NCBI RefSeq assembly: GCF_009914755.1
Contig: NC_060940.1
Direction: 5' to 3' (one strand)
Length of the DNA: 64,000 bases
Origin: the human T2T-CHM13v2.0 reference genome, Homo sapiens
Numbering within the stretch: the stretch's first letter is position 1; each line of letters opens with the position of its first letter. Below, one piece after another: positions 51,500-62,013 of this stretch. Position numbers and translations under genes: made by a program. The notes beneath the pieces are model-generated. The model was given only the letters and a program-made list of their open reading frames with translations, ran no database searches and had not been told where the DNA came from.

Positions 51500-53500
51500 C
51501 GAAGACCTTCCCCTACCAGACCGACAGTCCCTTTTCACCCCTAGACGTCGCGGGTTGGAGGCTCTCAGAAGGGCAGCTGGGGCCAGAGTACTGAGCCTTC
51601 AGATGTGCAGTCTACCGTGCTCGCAAATTGGAGGTTCCATGTCTCGGGGCCAGGCCTAGAGGAGGCAGCCCCTTCCTGGGTACCAACGAGCCTCCCCCAC
51701 CCCTGCCGCCGCCCACCCATCAGTGCCCCTTTGAAGACCCCTGGGATGGAGTGAGGGGGTGGTCAGACCGCTGGGCCCAGCCGGGCGTCCAGGAGGAGCG
51801 CAGGGAATGGGCCGCCCTCCCGGAGCGCTCCACTGCGGCTCTCCAGCGCCACCCCCAGCGGAGCTCAGGGGCTGCAGCCCGGACCGGGAGCCTTCTTCAG
51901 GCTCCCTGGCTGCCCCGCGGCCACTGCGGGAGGCGCGCGCGCGAGGCAGCCAAGCCTTGCCTTCGGAGGAGATGCCCAGGAATCTTAGCAAGCAGCCTGC
52001 GGCTGCCAGGGATCGGACCTGGCGAGTTTCCCGACGGAATCTGAGGGATCCCGAACCTCGGCCTCGAGGGGGCGCTATCCGGCCTACTCGAGGACCAGGC
52101 AGCTGCAGAGAAGCTCCAAGGTCAAGGCCCTGGGCCAGGCCAGGGCTTGGAGAGCCGGAATCTAGCCCGAGTCCTGGGGAGGCTGAGGCGGGGAACCAGA
52201 TCCCCGAGGACAAAGATGGGCGGGCCAGTGGGATCCACCGACGCTGCCCGGAGCTGCTCCAACGAGAGCCGGGCCTGTGGCGTGAACAAACTTTACTTCA
52301 GCGCAGGGGCGGAGGAACCGGGCTGGAGGCTTCTCCCCCGGGCCTCTGCTCTCCTCCACCTGCCAGTGCTCAGCCTCCGCCCAGCCTTCGCCCACCCCAG
52401 CTCCCTCCCCCTCCCCCACGCGCCTCTGTTCACTCAGACTCCTGTCTCCCCTCTCCCCTCCTCCTTCTCCCTCTTGCCTTTCTCCCCCACTTTTCTCCTG
52501 TCTCTTCTTTTGTATTCTCTCCTCCCTCGCCGCCCCGGTTGCCTCTCGCCTCCTCCGGGCCGCAGGGGAGGAGGTGAGCGCGCTGCGCCCGGGGCCTGCG
52601 CGGCTCAGAGGGAGGCGTTTCTCCTACTTCTCCCGGGTAATTTGGAGAGGTTGTGTGTGTGTGCGCGCGCGCGTGAGCTCCAGGCGAAAAGGGGTAGGAT
52701 TCAGCGCCGAGCAGAGAGGGTCAGGGTTTTTGACGTTCCTCGCCAGCTGCACAAACCTCCCGGAGCAAGTGTGAGTGTGGGTGAGAGTGCGCGCGCGCGC
52801 ACGGGCTGGCTGCGCTTGGCACGCTTGGTGGCCCAGGGTCCCGGGGCCCGGGGTCCCGTCTGGCGGCCCGGGATTACCGTGACGTCACATTGAGCCTCTG
52901 GCCACCTTGGACTGGGACACCTCCGGAGCCTCACAGCCCCGCGCCGCGCCGCGCCTCACCTCGCCACCACGCGCCTTTGGGAACCCGCATCTTCTTCCTT
53001 CCCCTGCCCATCCATGGGCCCTTCTGTCTTCCGGACCCCACGGGCCGGAGGGGCGCCTTCCGGAGCGCAGGGCTCGGCAGCCGGGCTGCCCTCGGCTCTG
53101 CCTCCACTGGGGCCAACCAGGCGAAGGAACCGGCGCTGGGCATCCGCAGCGGTGTAAGGAACTGAGACACCTCACTGCTGGGGGCGCGGAACAGCTGGGC
53201 TGAGACGGGAACTCGACAGGGAAGAGAGAGACGGGCCAGGGACAGCCACCATGTCCTTCCCACACTTTGGACACCCGTACCGCGGCGCTTCCCAGGTAAG
53301 AGGCGCCTCTATGGGGGATAGGGGACAGACTGGGTGGAGGGAGTGCCTAGTGCACGGCGCCTGCCTCTGATCTTCCTCCTCTTGTGTCCTGGGGGAAGCC
53401 AGAAGGAGCAAGGACCAGGGTAATGTGTCACAGCCTCCTCTGACATCCCCAGTCCCTAAATGAGAACGTTTCACCCCGGAGTGCACGCTGGAAAATCTTG
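51500..53500 (+). promoter_or_regulatory. IRX6: CpG-island promoter and 5' UTR of IRX6 (exact TSS not determinable)
   Basis: Very GC/CpG-rich; GC boxes; CRE GTGACGTCAC at 52879-52888; leads into Kozak GCCACCATG at 53245-53253. Confidence 0.9.
53251..53295 (+). CDS. IRX6: IRX6 coding exon 1 (MSFPHFGHPYRGASQ)
   Basis: GCCACCATG start; Irx-type N-terminus MSFP; donor CAG|GTAAGA; phase 0. Confidence 0.96.
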
Positions 53501-53605
53501 TGACCTGAAACATGAGCACTCTGACCACGCGCTCAGTGAGGTGGGTGGGATCACAGGGATCTCCCAGTCAGGCCTCCTCCTATACAGAAGTCTGAGGTGG
53601 CCGGG

Positions 53606-53659
53606 AGAGAAAGAAAGAAAGAAAAGAAAGAAAGAAATAAGGAAAGAAAGAAATAAGGA

Positions 53660-53741
<82 letters not shown>

Positions 53742-53796
53742 AAGAGAAAGAAAGAAAGAAGGAAAGAAAGAAAGAAAAAGAAAGAGAAAGAAAGAA
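53606..53796. repeat. Long (GAAA)n-type polypurine repeat in IRX6 intron 1
   Basis: About 190 nt of near-pure purines. Confidence 0.97.
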
Positions 53797-54517
53797 CTTG
53801 TAGGCTACAACGCTGTCCATCTCACCATATTGTTGTTGATTTGTTGACCTCGGCTATTCTCCTACCCCTTCCTTGGGCGGGCCCAAGCTCTCCGGTTCCC
53901 TCGATTTTCCAAACCAAAGTGGATGTTGTGCAATGACAAGGGTTTCCTGGGAAAGTTCTGCGGACACCCCCTCCACTGTTCTCCAGCTTTTCTCTAGAGT
54001 TCTGAGTGTATTTTCCTGTTGTCTAGTGCCGGCTCGACCTTTGACCTGCTGTGTGATCTTAGACAAGTCTCACACTCTCTCTGATTATCCACTCCCAATC
54101 TATAGAATGGGAGCAGGAATGAGACGTTAATAATGGTCTCTAAGGCCACCTTCTAGCTCCGCCTTTGCAGGATCCTGGGAGGAGGGTAGGGAAGGGAGCA
54201 GAGGGTTTGGTGTCTTTAATTCCGGTTTCAAAATGTTCACATTTTCCCGGCCTCCTGGGGCTCTGGGGCCTTAGCAATGGAGTAGGAGCATCTATAAGGG
54301 CAGTTTGGTTAAAATGCGTTTTATAATTCCCGTCCCAGCACCTAACAGAATGCTCAGCCCAGGTGGCATTTAGTTAATGCATAATGAAGGAATGAATGAA
54401 GGAGCAATCTGATTATCTGATTTTCTCTTCTTTGTTTCTAGCTCCCTTCAGCGGGAGCGGGGGCGGGGGTGGGGGGGTGGTCTCTGACCTCCAGTGCCCT
54501 CTTTCTTGCCCCTATAG

Positions 54518-54775
54518 TTTCTGGCGTCGGCAAGTTCCAGCACCACATGCTGCGAATCTACCCAACGCTCTGTCTCAGATGTGGCATCAGGCTCCACCCC
54601 AGCGCCCGCTCTCTGCTGCGCACCCTACGATAGTCGACTGCTGGGCAGTGCGCGACCGGAGCTGGGCGCCGCCTTGGGCATCTATGGAGCACCCTATGCG
54701 GCCGCTGCAGCTGCCCAGAGCTACCCTGGCTACCTGCCCTATAGCCCAGAGCCCCCCTCACTGTATGGGGCACTG
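54518..54775 (+). CDS. IRX6: IRX6 coding exon 2 (FLASASSSTTCCES...PPSLYGAL)
   Basis: Acceptor CCCCTATAG|, donor CTG|GTGAGT; 258 nt in frame; Irx-type CCES and YDSRLL motifs. Confidence 0.95.
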
Positions 54776-55477
54776 GTGAGTACAGGGGTGGAGTCCCAGG
54801 GGAGTGAGCAGTAGAGACAGGTGAAATCCAGAGAAAGTCAAGGAAAGACCCACACCTCCCGAGGAAAGGAAATGGTTAGGACTGTGTATAAGGAGGACAA
54901 AAAAATACAGTACCTTACAGTTTGCAGAACTTCATACTGTTTAGAAAACATTTATACTTCTATTAATTCTGTGAGGTAGGCAAGTAATCATTAATCTCAA
55001 TTTAAGAATGAGGAAATAGAGGTGCACAGGAGTTCAAATACTTTGCCCAATGTCACAGAGATACAAAGGGTCAGAGAAAAGCTCCTGAAGAAGAGTAAAG
55101 CAGGAAGTGCCCCAGCTGGTGTGTGTTGTGGGGCAGGGGGCGGGGGGGGGGGGGCAGTAAGGGGGGAAAGGAGGGAGGGACAAGTGGTACAGTAATAACA
55201 GCAGCTAATATTTAACTACTGCTTATTCTGCACCAGGGATTCTGCCAAGCATTCTGCCAGCATGGTCTTCTTCAATAACCTATAAGTACTATTATCCCCA
55301 TTTTACCAAGGAAGAAATTGAGGCACAGAGTGGTTAAGCCACTGGTTAAGCAACTGTGCCCAAGGTCACACGGCCAGTACCAGTGGCCATACTGGGATTT
55401 GAACCAGACCCTTAGCTACCACCCCATGTGCCCCCTCCCCAACTGTACTCCTGAATTCTCTTTTCCTCTCCCTCTAG

Positions 55478-55587
55478 AATCCACAGTATGAATTTAAGGA
55501 GGCTGCAGGGAGTTTTACATCCAGCCTGGCACAACCAGGAGCCTATTATCCCTATGAGCGGACTCTGGGGCAGTACCAATATGAACG
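55478..55587 (+). CDS. IRX6: IRX6 coding exon 3 (NPQYEFKE...GQYQYE)
   Basis: Polypyrimidine acceptor CCCTCTAG|, donor ACG|GTAAGG; YYPY...LGQYQY motif typical of Irx4/Irx6. Confidence 0.95.
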
Positions 55588-55767
55588 GTAAGGAGTGAAG
55601 GGCCTTGGTGACTGGCACTGTGAGTCTTTCCTCCCCCACTGCCAAGGTAGGGTGGATGGCGGCAGGGGAGAGGGAGGGAGCTGAACCACACTTCCACGCC
55701 ACAGACTGTCCTCTGCCTGCAGTTCCTTGTTCCTCTTCTATAATGTGAGCCAGGTTCTCCCCCACAG

Positions 55768-56075
55768 GTATGGCGCAGTGGAATTGAGTGGCGCCGGTCG
55801 CCGAAAGAACGCGACCCGGGAGACCACCAGTACACTCAAGGCCTGGCTCAACGAGCACCGCAAAAACCCCTACCCCACTAAGGGTGAGAAGATCATGCTG
55901 GCCATCATCACCAAGATGACCCTCACCCAGGTGTCCACCTGGTTCGCCAACGCACGCCGGCGCCTCAAGAAAGAGAACAAAATGACATGGGCGCCCAAGA
56001 ACAAAGGTGGGGAGGAGAGGAAGGCAGAGGGAGGAGAGGAGGACTCACTAGGCTGCCTAACTGCTGACACCAAAG
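55768..56075 (+). CDS. IRX6: IRX6 coding exon 4 with TALE homeodomain
   Basis: [61 protein letters not shown]; PYP loop and WFAN (Ala50) Iroquois signature; CCCACAG| acceptor, AAG|GTACTG donor. Confidence 0.99.
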
Positions 56076-56881
56076 GTACTGAAAACGTTCACCACCCCAC
56101 CTTAAGGGTTTTACAAGTCATCAAGCAGTTTGGTCTTTCAAAAGCTGCCCTGTAGGGTAGATTTTCTGGAAGGTCCTCAGACTTACCCTTGCACTTCCCT
56201 GCCTGTCTCAGAGCATTAGCCTGTGCACTGCCTTCTACCTGTAATTCTCTACACAACCGGCTTCTTCTTGACATCAAAGTGTTACCTCCTAAAGTTCTTC
56301 CTGCCTCACCCAAGCCAAAATAGCCTCCCAGTTATTTTCTGTTCTGCCAGCCTGTTTGGATTTCCTTTGCCATACTTGTCACTGTGAGAAAGTTTACATA
56401 CCCAACTTCCCTCTCTAGAATGGCAGCTCCACCAGAAGCCTTACTTGCTGCCATATGCCCTACACACCTAATACCTAAATGATGGCTGGTGCTCAGTAAA
56501 TATTTGCTGAATTAAATGATATAACAGCAGCCACTTGTAGATGTTGAAATCGAGTAAAAACTGCCCCCTGGTTTTTCACAATTGAGAAACTGAGATCCAG
56601 AACTCAGGCAGCGCCAAGTGGCATTTCCTTGGCTTGGCACTGCTCGCTAGAGGAGGAGTCCGCTAAAGGGTGGTTGCAGGGCTGGGGCAGAAATTCTTTC
56701 CCAAGGACAGGTGGCCAACAACCCTGGGCAAATGCAAGGGGTGGTACGGCAGGTCTGGTGAATTACACTGAGGATGCCCTGAGTGCAGGGCGCTTCTTGC
56801 TAAAAGCTTCTCGGGGATGGACATTCCTCGGATTTCCCTTGGGCCCTGGGGCTTTTCTCACTCGCTCTTGATTTCCTGCAG

Positions 56882-57493
56882 AAGTTACTGCTAGCCAGGA
56901 GGCCCGGGGGCTCCGGCTGAGTGACCTGGAAGACCTGGAGGAAGAGGAGGAGGAGGAGGAGGAAGCTGAAGACGAGGAGGTAGTGGCCACAGCTGGGGAC
57001 AGGCTGACGGAGTTCCGAAAGGGCGCGCAGTCACTGCCTGGGCCGTGCGCTGCAGCTCGAGAGGGCCGATTGGAGCGCAGGGAGTGCGGCCTGGCTGCGC
57101 CCCGCTTCTCCTTCAATGACCCTTCCGGATCGGAAGAAGCTGACTTCCTCTCGGCGGAGACAGGCAGCCCTAGGTTGACCATGCACTACCCATGCTTGGA
57201 GAAACCGCGCATCTGGTCTCTGGCGCACACCGCGACAGCCAGCGCTGTTGAAGGTGCACCCCCAGCCCGGCCTAGGCCACGAAGTCCTGAGTGCCGTATG
57301 ATTCCTGGACAGCCTCCTGCCTCTGCCCGGCGACTCTCAGTCCCCAGAGACTCCGCGTGCGACGAGTCTTCCTGCATACCCAAAGCCTTTGGAAACCCCA
57401 AGTTTGCCCTGCAGGGACTACCGCTGAACTGTGCGCCGTGCCCGCGGAGGAGCGAGCCTGTAGTGCAGTGCCAGTACCCGTCTGGAGCAGAAG
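56882..57493 (+). CDS. IRX6: IRX6 coding exon 5 with poly-Glu tract and IRO box
   Basis: E9 tract at 56938-56964; IRO box KPRIWSLAHTA at 57202-57234; CCTGCAG| acceptor, AAG|GTAGTG donor; phases match exon 4. Confidence 0.96.
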
Positions 57494-58480
57494 GTAGTGG
57501 GCCCCCAGCGGCGCTGGGAGTATCTATGCAAAAGACACCCACCTACCGCCCCGCCCGGCAATTGCACACCCTCTGCCATTCCAGTCTGCCCAGGTCTCCC
57601 ACAGAACTGACGGGAGATTGCTTTACAGCGCTCTTTCAGACGGAAGCGTAGAGATAGGTTCTAGTACTCCCTTATTTAAAAGTCAAATAATAATAAACTC
57701 ACAGGCAGACTGTAATTTACCTAGAATCACTTAGAAAGCCGTTCGAGAGATGGACAACCAGGATCTCTGCATTCGTGTGGTCCAGTGTACTGCCAAATCC
57801 ACCAGGTGTGCATCACCATGCTCCTCTAGCACAATCGCCCTTGTCCCCTGCCTGCCTTTCAGAGGAGACTCGCTGGTCCCCTGCTGTGCTGCTCAGAGAG
57901 TTTACTAGGGTTGGGCAGGCACCAGGGCTTTTAGAGAAGTCTAAGACTGTGGGCCAGACGCACACCACAGATTTAAGGTCAGTGCTTAAGTCCAGCTTGC
58001 AGCCCTGTCTGTGTCCCACCAAAACCCCTGGAAAGTTGTAGACATGCCCCTGCGGTCAGCAGCTTCAGGCCCCAGATTGGTACTGTCCTTAGAGAGCACT
58101 CTACCCAGGGCTCATCCCCAGGCAGGCCAGTGACTGCCAATCAGTGTCCCCTGATGCTGGCTGGTTCTTTCACTGTGTTAAGGACCTGGTGGAAGGGAAT
58201 TTCATCCCACAAAGGGACATTCCCCAAGCATGAGGCAGCCTCCAGCAATTACTGTCAGATTCTGCTCTTTGTAGTAATTTCTCTCAGGATTAGCTGCTGG
58301 CTTAGAAAAGTGGGTTACACTGTTATTTGAATTTACGCAACGGATCCAAACATTACCTCTGGCAAGCTAATTGCCTCTAGACCATTTGCTTGCCTTCAGA
58401 AGAGACATGGCTGACCCAGAGGTTTCCTAAGAATTGCCACTAAACAGCCTTTGGGTTTTAATCAACCTTTCCTCTCTCAG

Positions 58481-58488
58481 CAGGTTAG
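58481..58488 (+). CDS. IRX6: IRX6 last exon coding part (…AG stop), followed by 3' UTR
   Basis: Acceptor CCTTTCCTCTCTCAG| then CA GGT TAG; joined CDS is 1341 nt = 446 aa, matching the human IRX6 length and C-terminus I recall (…SGAEAG). Confidence 0.85.
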
Positions 58489-58949
58489 CGCAATGGCTGC
58501 GATTTGCGAAAGAATCTTGGAAATGGGCCCCACGTTTCGAATTCATCTCCAGGTTAAGAAGCTGCCAGACCTTGCCAGGGACCAGGAGCTCTCACTTTGC
58601 CTAAGAGACAGACACACAGAAACCCTCCTAGCAGCTGTCCTTGCACGCAGAGCTGGGGTGGTGGGCCGACTTGAACCTTAGCAGTCCCCACGGGAGATGG
58701 CAGGGCACCTTGGGGAAGGCCAAGTGGGAAGCTGGGAGGCTGCCCCACCCACCGACTCTACCAAGTCTCTCTTCCTCCTGTGGATTCAGCAAGGCTTCCT
58801 CTCCTGCTCACCCCTGTCTCTCACCTCCACCAACCCCACTCACTTTGTAACTTCATCACTGACCCGGCCAATAAGGACCCTGTGCGTCTTCTCCCCCTCC
58901 TAAGCCCTTGTGTCCTTAAAAATAATCAGTCCGAACCCATGTAGTGTGG

Positions 58950-60420
58950 CCTATCTTTGCCAGAGGTGCTTGAGAGGTCGGTGTGCAGGCAAAGATGCAT
59001 TGCGGCCAGGGATTCTTGCGACAGCGCGGCGTGGGCTGCATACCTCAGTTCCTTTAGTAGCTGGGAAAGAAACTGACAAGGTAACAGACAAGGCCGTGGC
59101 GCCTGCAGCTCAGCGGACTAACCGCTGCGTAACCAATCCGTGGAGCCAAGCTGACCACCTCGCGGGTCCTGCGCATGGGAAGTGGTGGGACTTGTCAGGA
59201 TGTTTATCTGGAAACTGCATCTGTTTCCGGGTTCGTATTTGGGTTGTAAGTTTACTGGGGGAGGGGTGACGAGGACCGCGCTCCTCCGATCGAACTGAAC
59301 CTAATGGGGAGGTCAGGCAGCTTTCAGGGTCGGTGTGAGGCGAGAGGGGGCATTCTTCCCGTTTTATCAAAAGTGTCAGCAAACACTTCCGGTACAGGCC
59401 AACCAATGGGAACTGACGGGCAGGGAAGGGGTCTTTGTCCCCCTTGCTAGGAGTGTCGAGCGACCGGGTTGGGGGTAAGAGATTTAAAGACGCCCGCGCA
59501 ATGGTGGGTGGGGGAGGCTGCCTGCGTTCGTGTCCCGCGTCTAGTGGCTTTGGCTTTAGCCAGGGAGTGAGCGCACCGCTGCTCGCAGGGAAGCAGGGAC
59601 CCGGGGCAGTGCCCTAGAGGGGAGCTCCGAAGAGCAAATGAGGCGGGAAGGCAGGACGAAAGGCAGCTGGGGTGTGCGCCCAAGGCCTGGATTCCTGGGG
59701 AGCTGCGTTTCCAACGCCGGGTCCCGGCCAGGCCAGGCCTTCCAGGCCAGCGCGGAGGCCAGACTATCAGTCACTGAAATCCAGGCGAGCATAGTCCGCC
59801 TCCTGGGCAGGATGATTGAAAACCTTTGGAGGACGATGAGGGGAAATGTGGAGGTTGGAAGTGCTAGGGAAGCCGAAGCAGCGCGCCACCTCCTAGCTCC
59901 TCTCTATGGAAAAGACAGCTTTGCTGTCGGAAGGGACTTTAGAGATCATGACTTACAAAAACTGCAAACCTCCTCTTCAGATGAGAAGGTTAAGCCCAAA
60001 CGGGAGGGCAGGTGAACAGCTCAGGGTCACAGCGGTCCGTGGTGGAGACCAACTCCAGCTTTCCATCGTGGTCAATGTCCCTTTTCGGTTCCCGCTCGCC
60101 CGCCCGAACACTCGCCCGCGCTTCCTCTGGGAGACCCCTCTTTGCTTTCGTTTTGTTCCTGGGCAACAGCTGCTCCCAACCCCAACCTCCCCAGGGACCC
60201 TCCAGTCGCCCTCGCTGACCCGCGGCTTAGGGTCCGGAAAATTAAACTGCGAAAAGATAAACATTATTTCCAGTCGGCTTTGCGGGATTAACGCTTGTAA
60301 TAAAGAGCATTAGCTGGAGGTTTCTTTCAAGGCACTCTCGACCCCACCCCCTACTAGGGGGCCAGGTAGACCCCTCCGGAGACCGCAGAGGTGGCAGAGG
60401 CGTCCTAGGGCTTCCAGTTG
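58950..60420. promoter_or_regulatory. Second CpG island downstream of IRX6, promoter-like
   Basis: CpG-rich; ETS motif ACTTCCGGT at 59385-59393; CCAAT at 59133-59137 and 59403-59407. Confidence 0.7.
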
Positions 60421-61603
60421 AGAGTAGGGCCCTAGAGAGCCATTTCCTGGAGGGGAGAGGGATCCTTAGAATCAGAGAGTCAACACTTGGAGATGGGAAG
60501 CTGAAGATCAGATTGGAGAAGGGACCCCACTAAACTCAGTTCATGTGGCTGAGCAGGGTCTGGGATCCAGAGGGTGGGGGTTAGGGGGAATCTCACCTTC
60601 ACACGACCTCCTGCAGTTCAGCTCTAACCTGGGAAAGGAGGCCTTCCCGAGTTGCCCTACTTCACCACCCAGGACCCCAGGAAGTTGTCTCTCCAGCTGC
60701 AAGAAACATCTCTTGCCTGGGTGGCCTAGCCTTTCCCTGCCTTCCCCAGCCCAAAGCAGGAGCCTGCAGCCTAGGGTTATCTCAAAGGTCTGATCTTAGT
60801 TGGCTGGAGACAGTGGGGCGTGAGAGGGGCTGAAGGGCAGCCTGGCATCCCAGAAACCTGCTTTACCTTCTCAATTGTGTTACCACCTTGTTTTGTGGCT
60901 TGGACAAGCCCCTTCCCCTCCTAGTTCTGCCACTGTAAAATACAGGGATGATCTAGTTCTCCATCCTGCTGCTCAGTATCTCCTCCAGAGCTGATGGTGA
61001 GCTCCAGGGGTCTAGGAGAAGGGCCTGAGAATGGCACGTCTGAGCCTGTGATTATCCCAGCCTCAAGCCCCCAGTGGCAGTCTGTTCCCCCCATCTCTGC
61101 CCCCCCGAGAGCCTCCTGCAAATCTCCCAATATAATCTCCCAGAATCATATTTTGAATACTGTCTTGATTAAACACCAGAGCAAGGGGAGGGAGGATGCA
61201 GCCCTGCTCTCTTTGGCTGAGCCTGCTGGTGCCCACAGACAGCTGGACTGTGAACTCTGCAAAGTAAATGTTGGTAAATGCAGAAAGTTGAGGTTCTCAG
61301 GTTTGTAGGATGTATACAAGCTGGACCTCCAAACTCCTTCTATGGCTAAAGTGGCCCTTCCCTCAGCTGCACAGCAACCAGGGGCTAGGCCCTCTGGAGG
61401 TGAGGAGAAGCCACCCAGGGGAGCTCCCCCCCACCCCCAGCACACCCAGTGTCTTCCTTATCTCTTTCCTGCCAGTGTCACTAGATGGACACTGGATTCA
61501 CTAGATGATCTCTGTGATCACTTCTAGTTTTAAGATTCTATGATCCTGTTAATGATAATAAGAACTTCTAGAGCCCTTACCATGTGTCAGACTCAATGCC
61601 ATG

Positions 61604-61961
61604 TGTCTTAGTCTGTTTGGACTGCTATTTTACAGAGTACCATAAATTGAGTGTCTCATAAAAAACAGAAAGGTGTTGCTTACATTTCTGGAGGCTGAGA
61701 AGTCCACGGTGCCAGCACGTTCAGCATCTGGTGAGGGTCTGCTTCCCGGTTCATAGACAGCATCTTACTGCATCATCATGCCATAGAAGGGGCAAGAGAA
61801 CCCTCTGAAGTCTTTTTTATAAGGTCACTAATCCCATTCACGAAGGCTTCAAGTTCATGACCTAATTATCTCCCAAAGTCCTCAGCTCCAGATACCATCA
61901 CACTGCAGATTAGATTTCAACATATACATTTTGGGAGGACACACACATTTAGTCTCTTGCA
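61604..61961 (-). mobile_element. MLT1A-type MaLR solo LTR nested in a MIR
   Basis: TGTCTTAGTCTGTTTGG...TTCTGGAGGCTGAGAAGTCCA...TTATAAGGTCACTAATCCCATTCA...TTTCAACATA. Confidence 0.88.
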
Positions 61962-62013
61962 CCAGCTCTTTTAAATGTGCTGACTCATATGTCACAATAG
62001 TCCAAAGACATAT

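Noticed and set aside
51628-53274. Long ORFs of 110-272 aa on both strands over the promoter
   Set aside because: Typical stop-poor GC-rich frames, several starting at GTG/TTG, with low-complexity P/G/R/A composition and no domain motif
53460-53936. 158-aa K/E/R-rich ORF and its 89-aa F/L/S-rich antisense partner
   Set aside because: Translations of the (GAAA)n repeat
56076-56155. Intron-4 read-through giving a homeodomain-only truncated IRX6
   Set aside because: A 26-codon open stretch is within chance, there is no nearby canonical poly(A) signal, and a downstream junction would make it an NMD target
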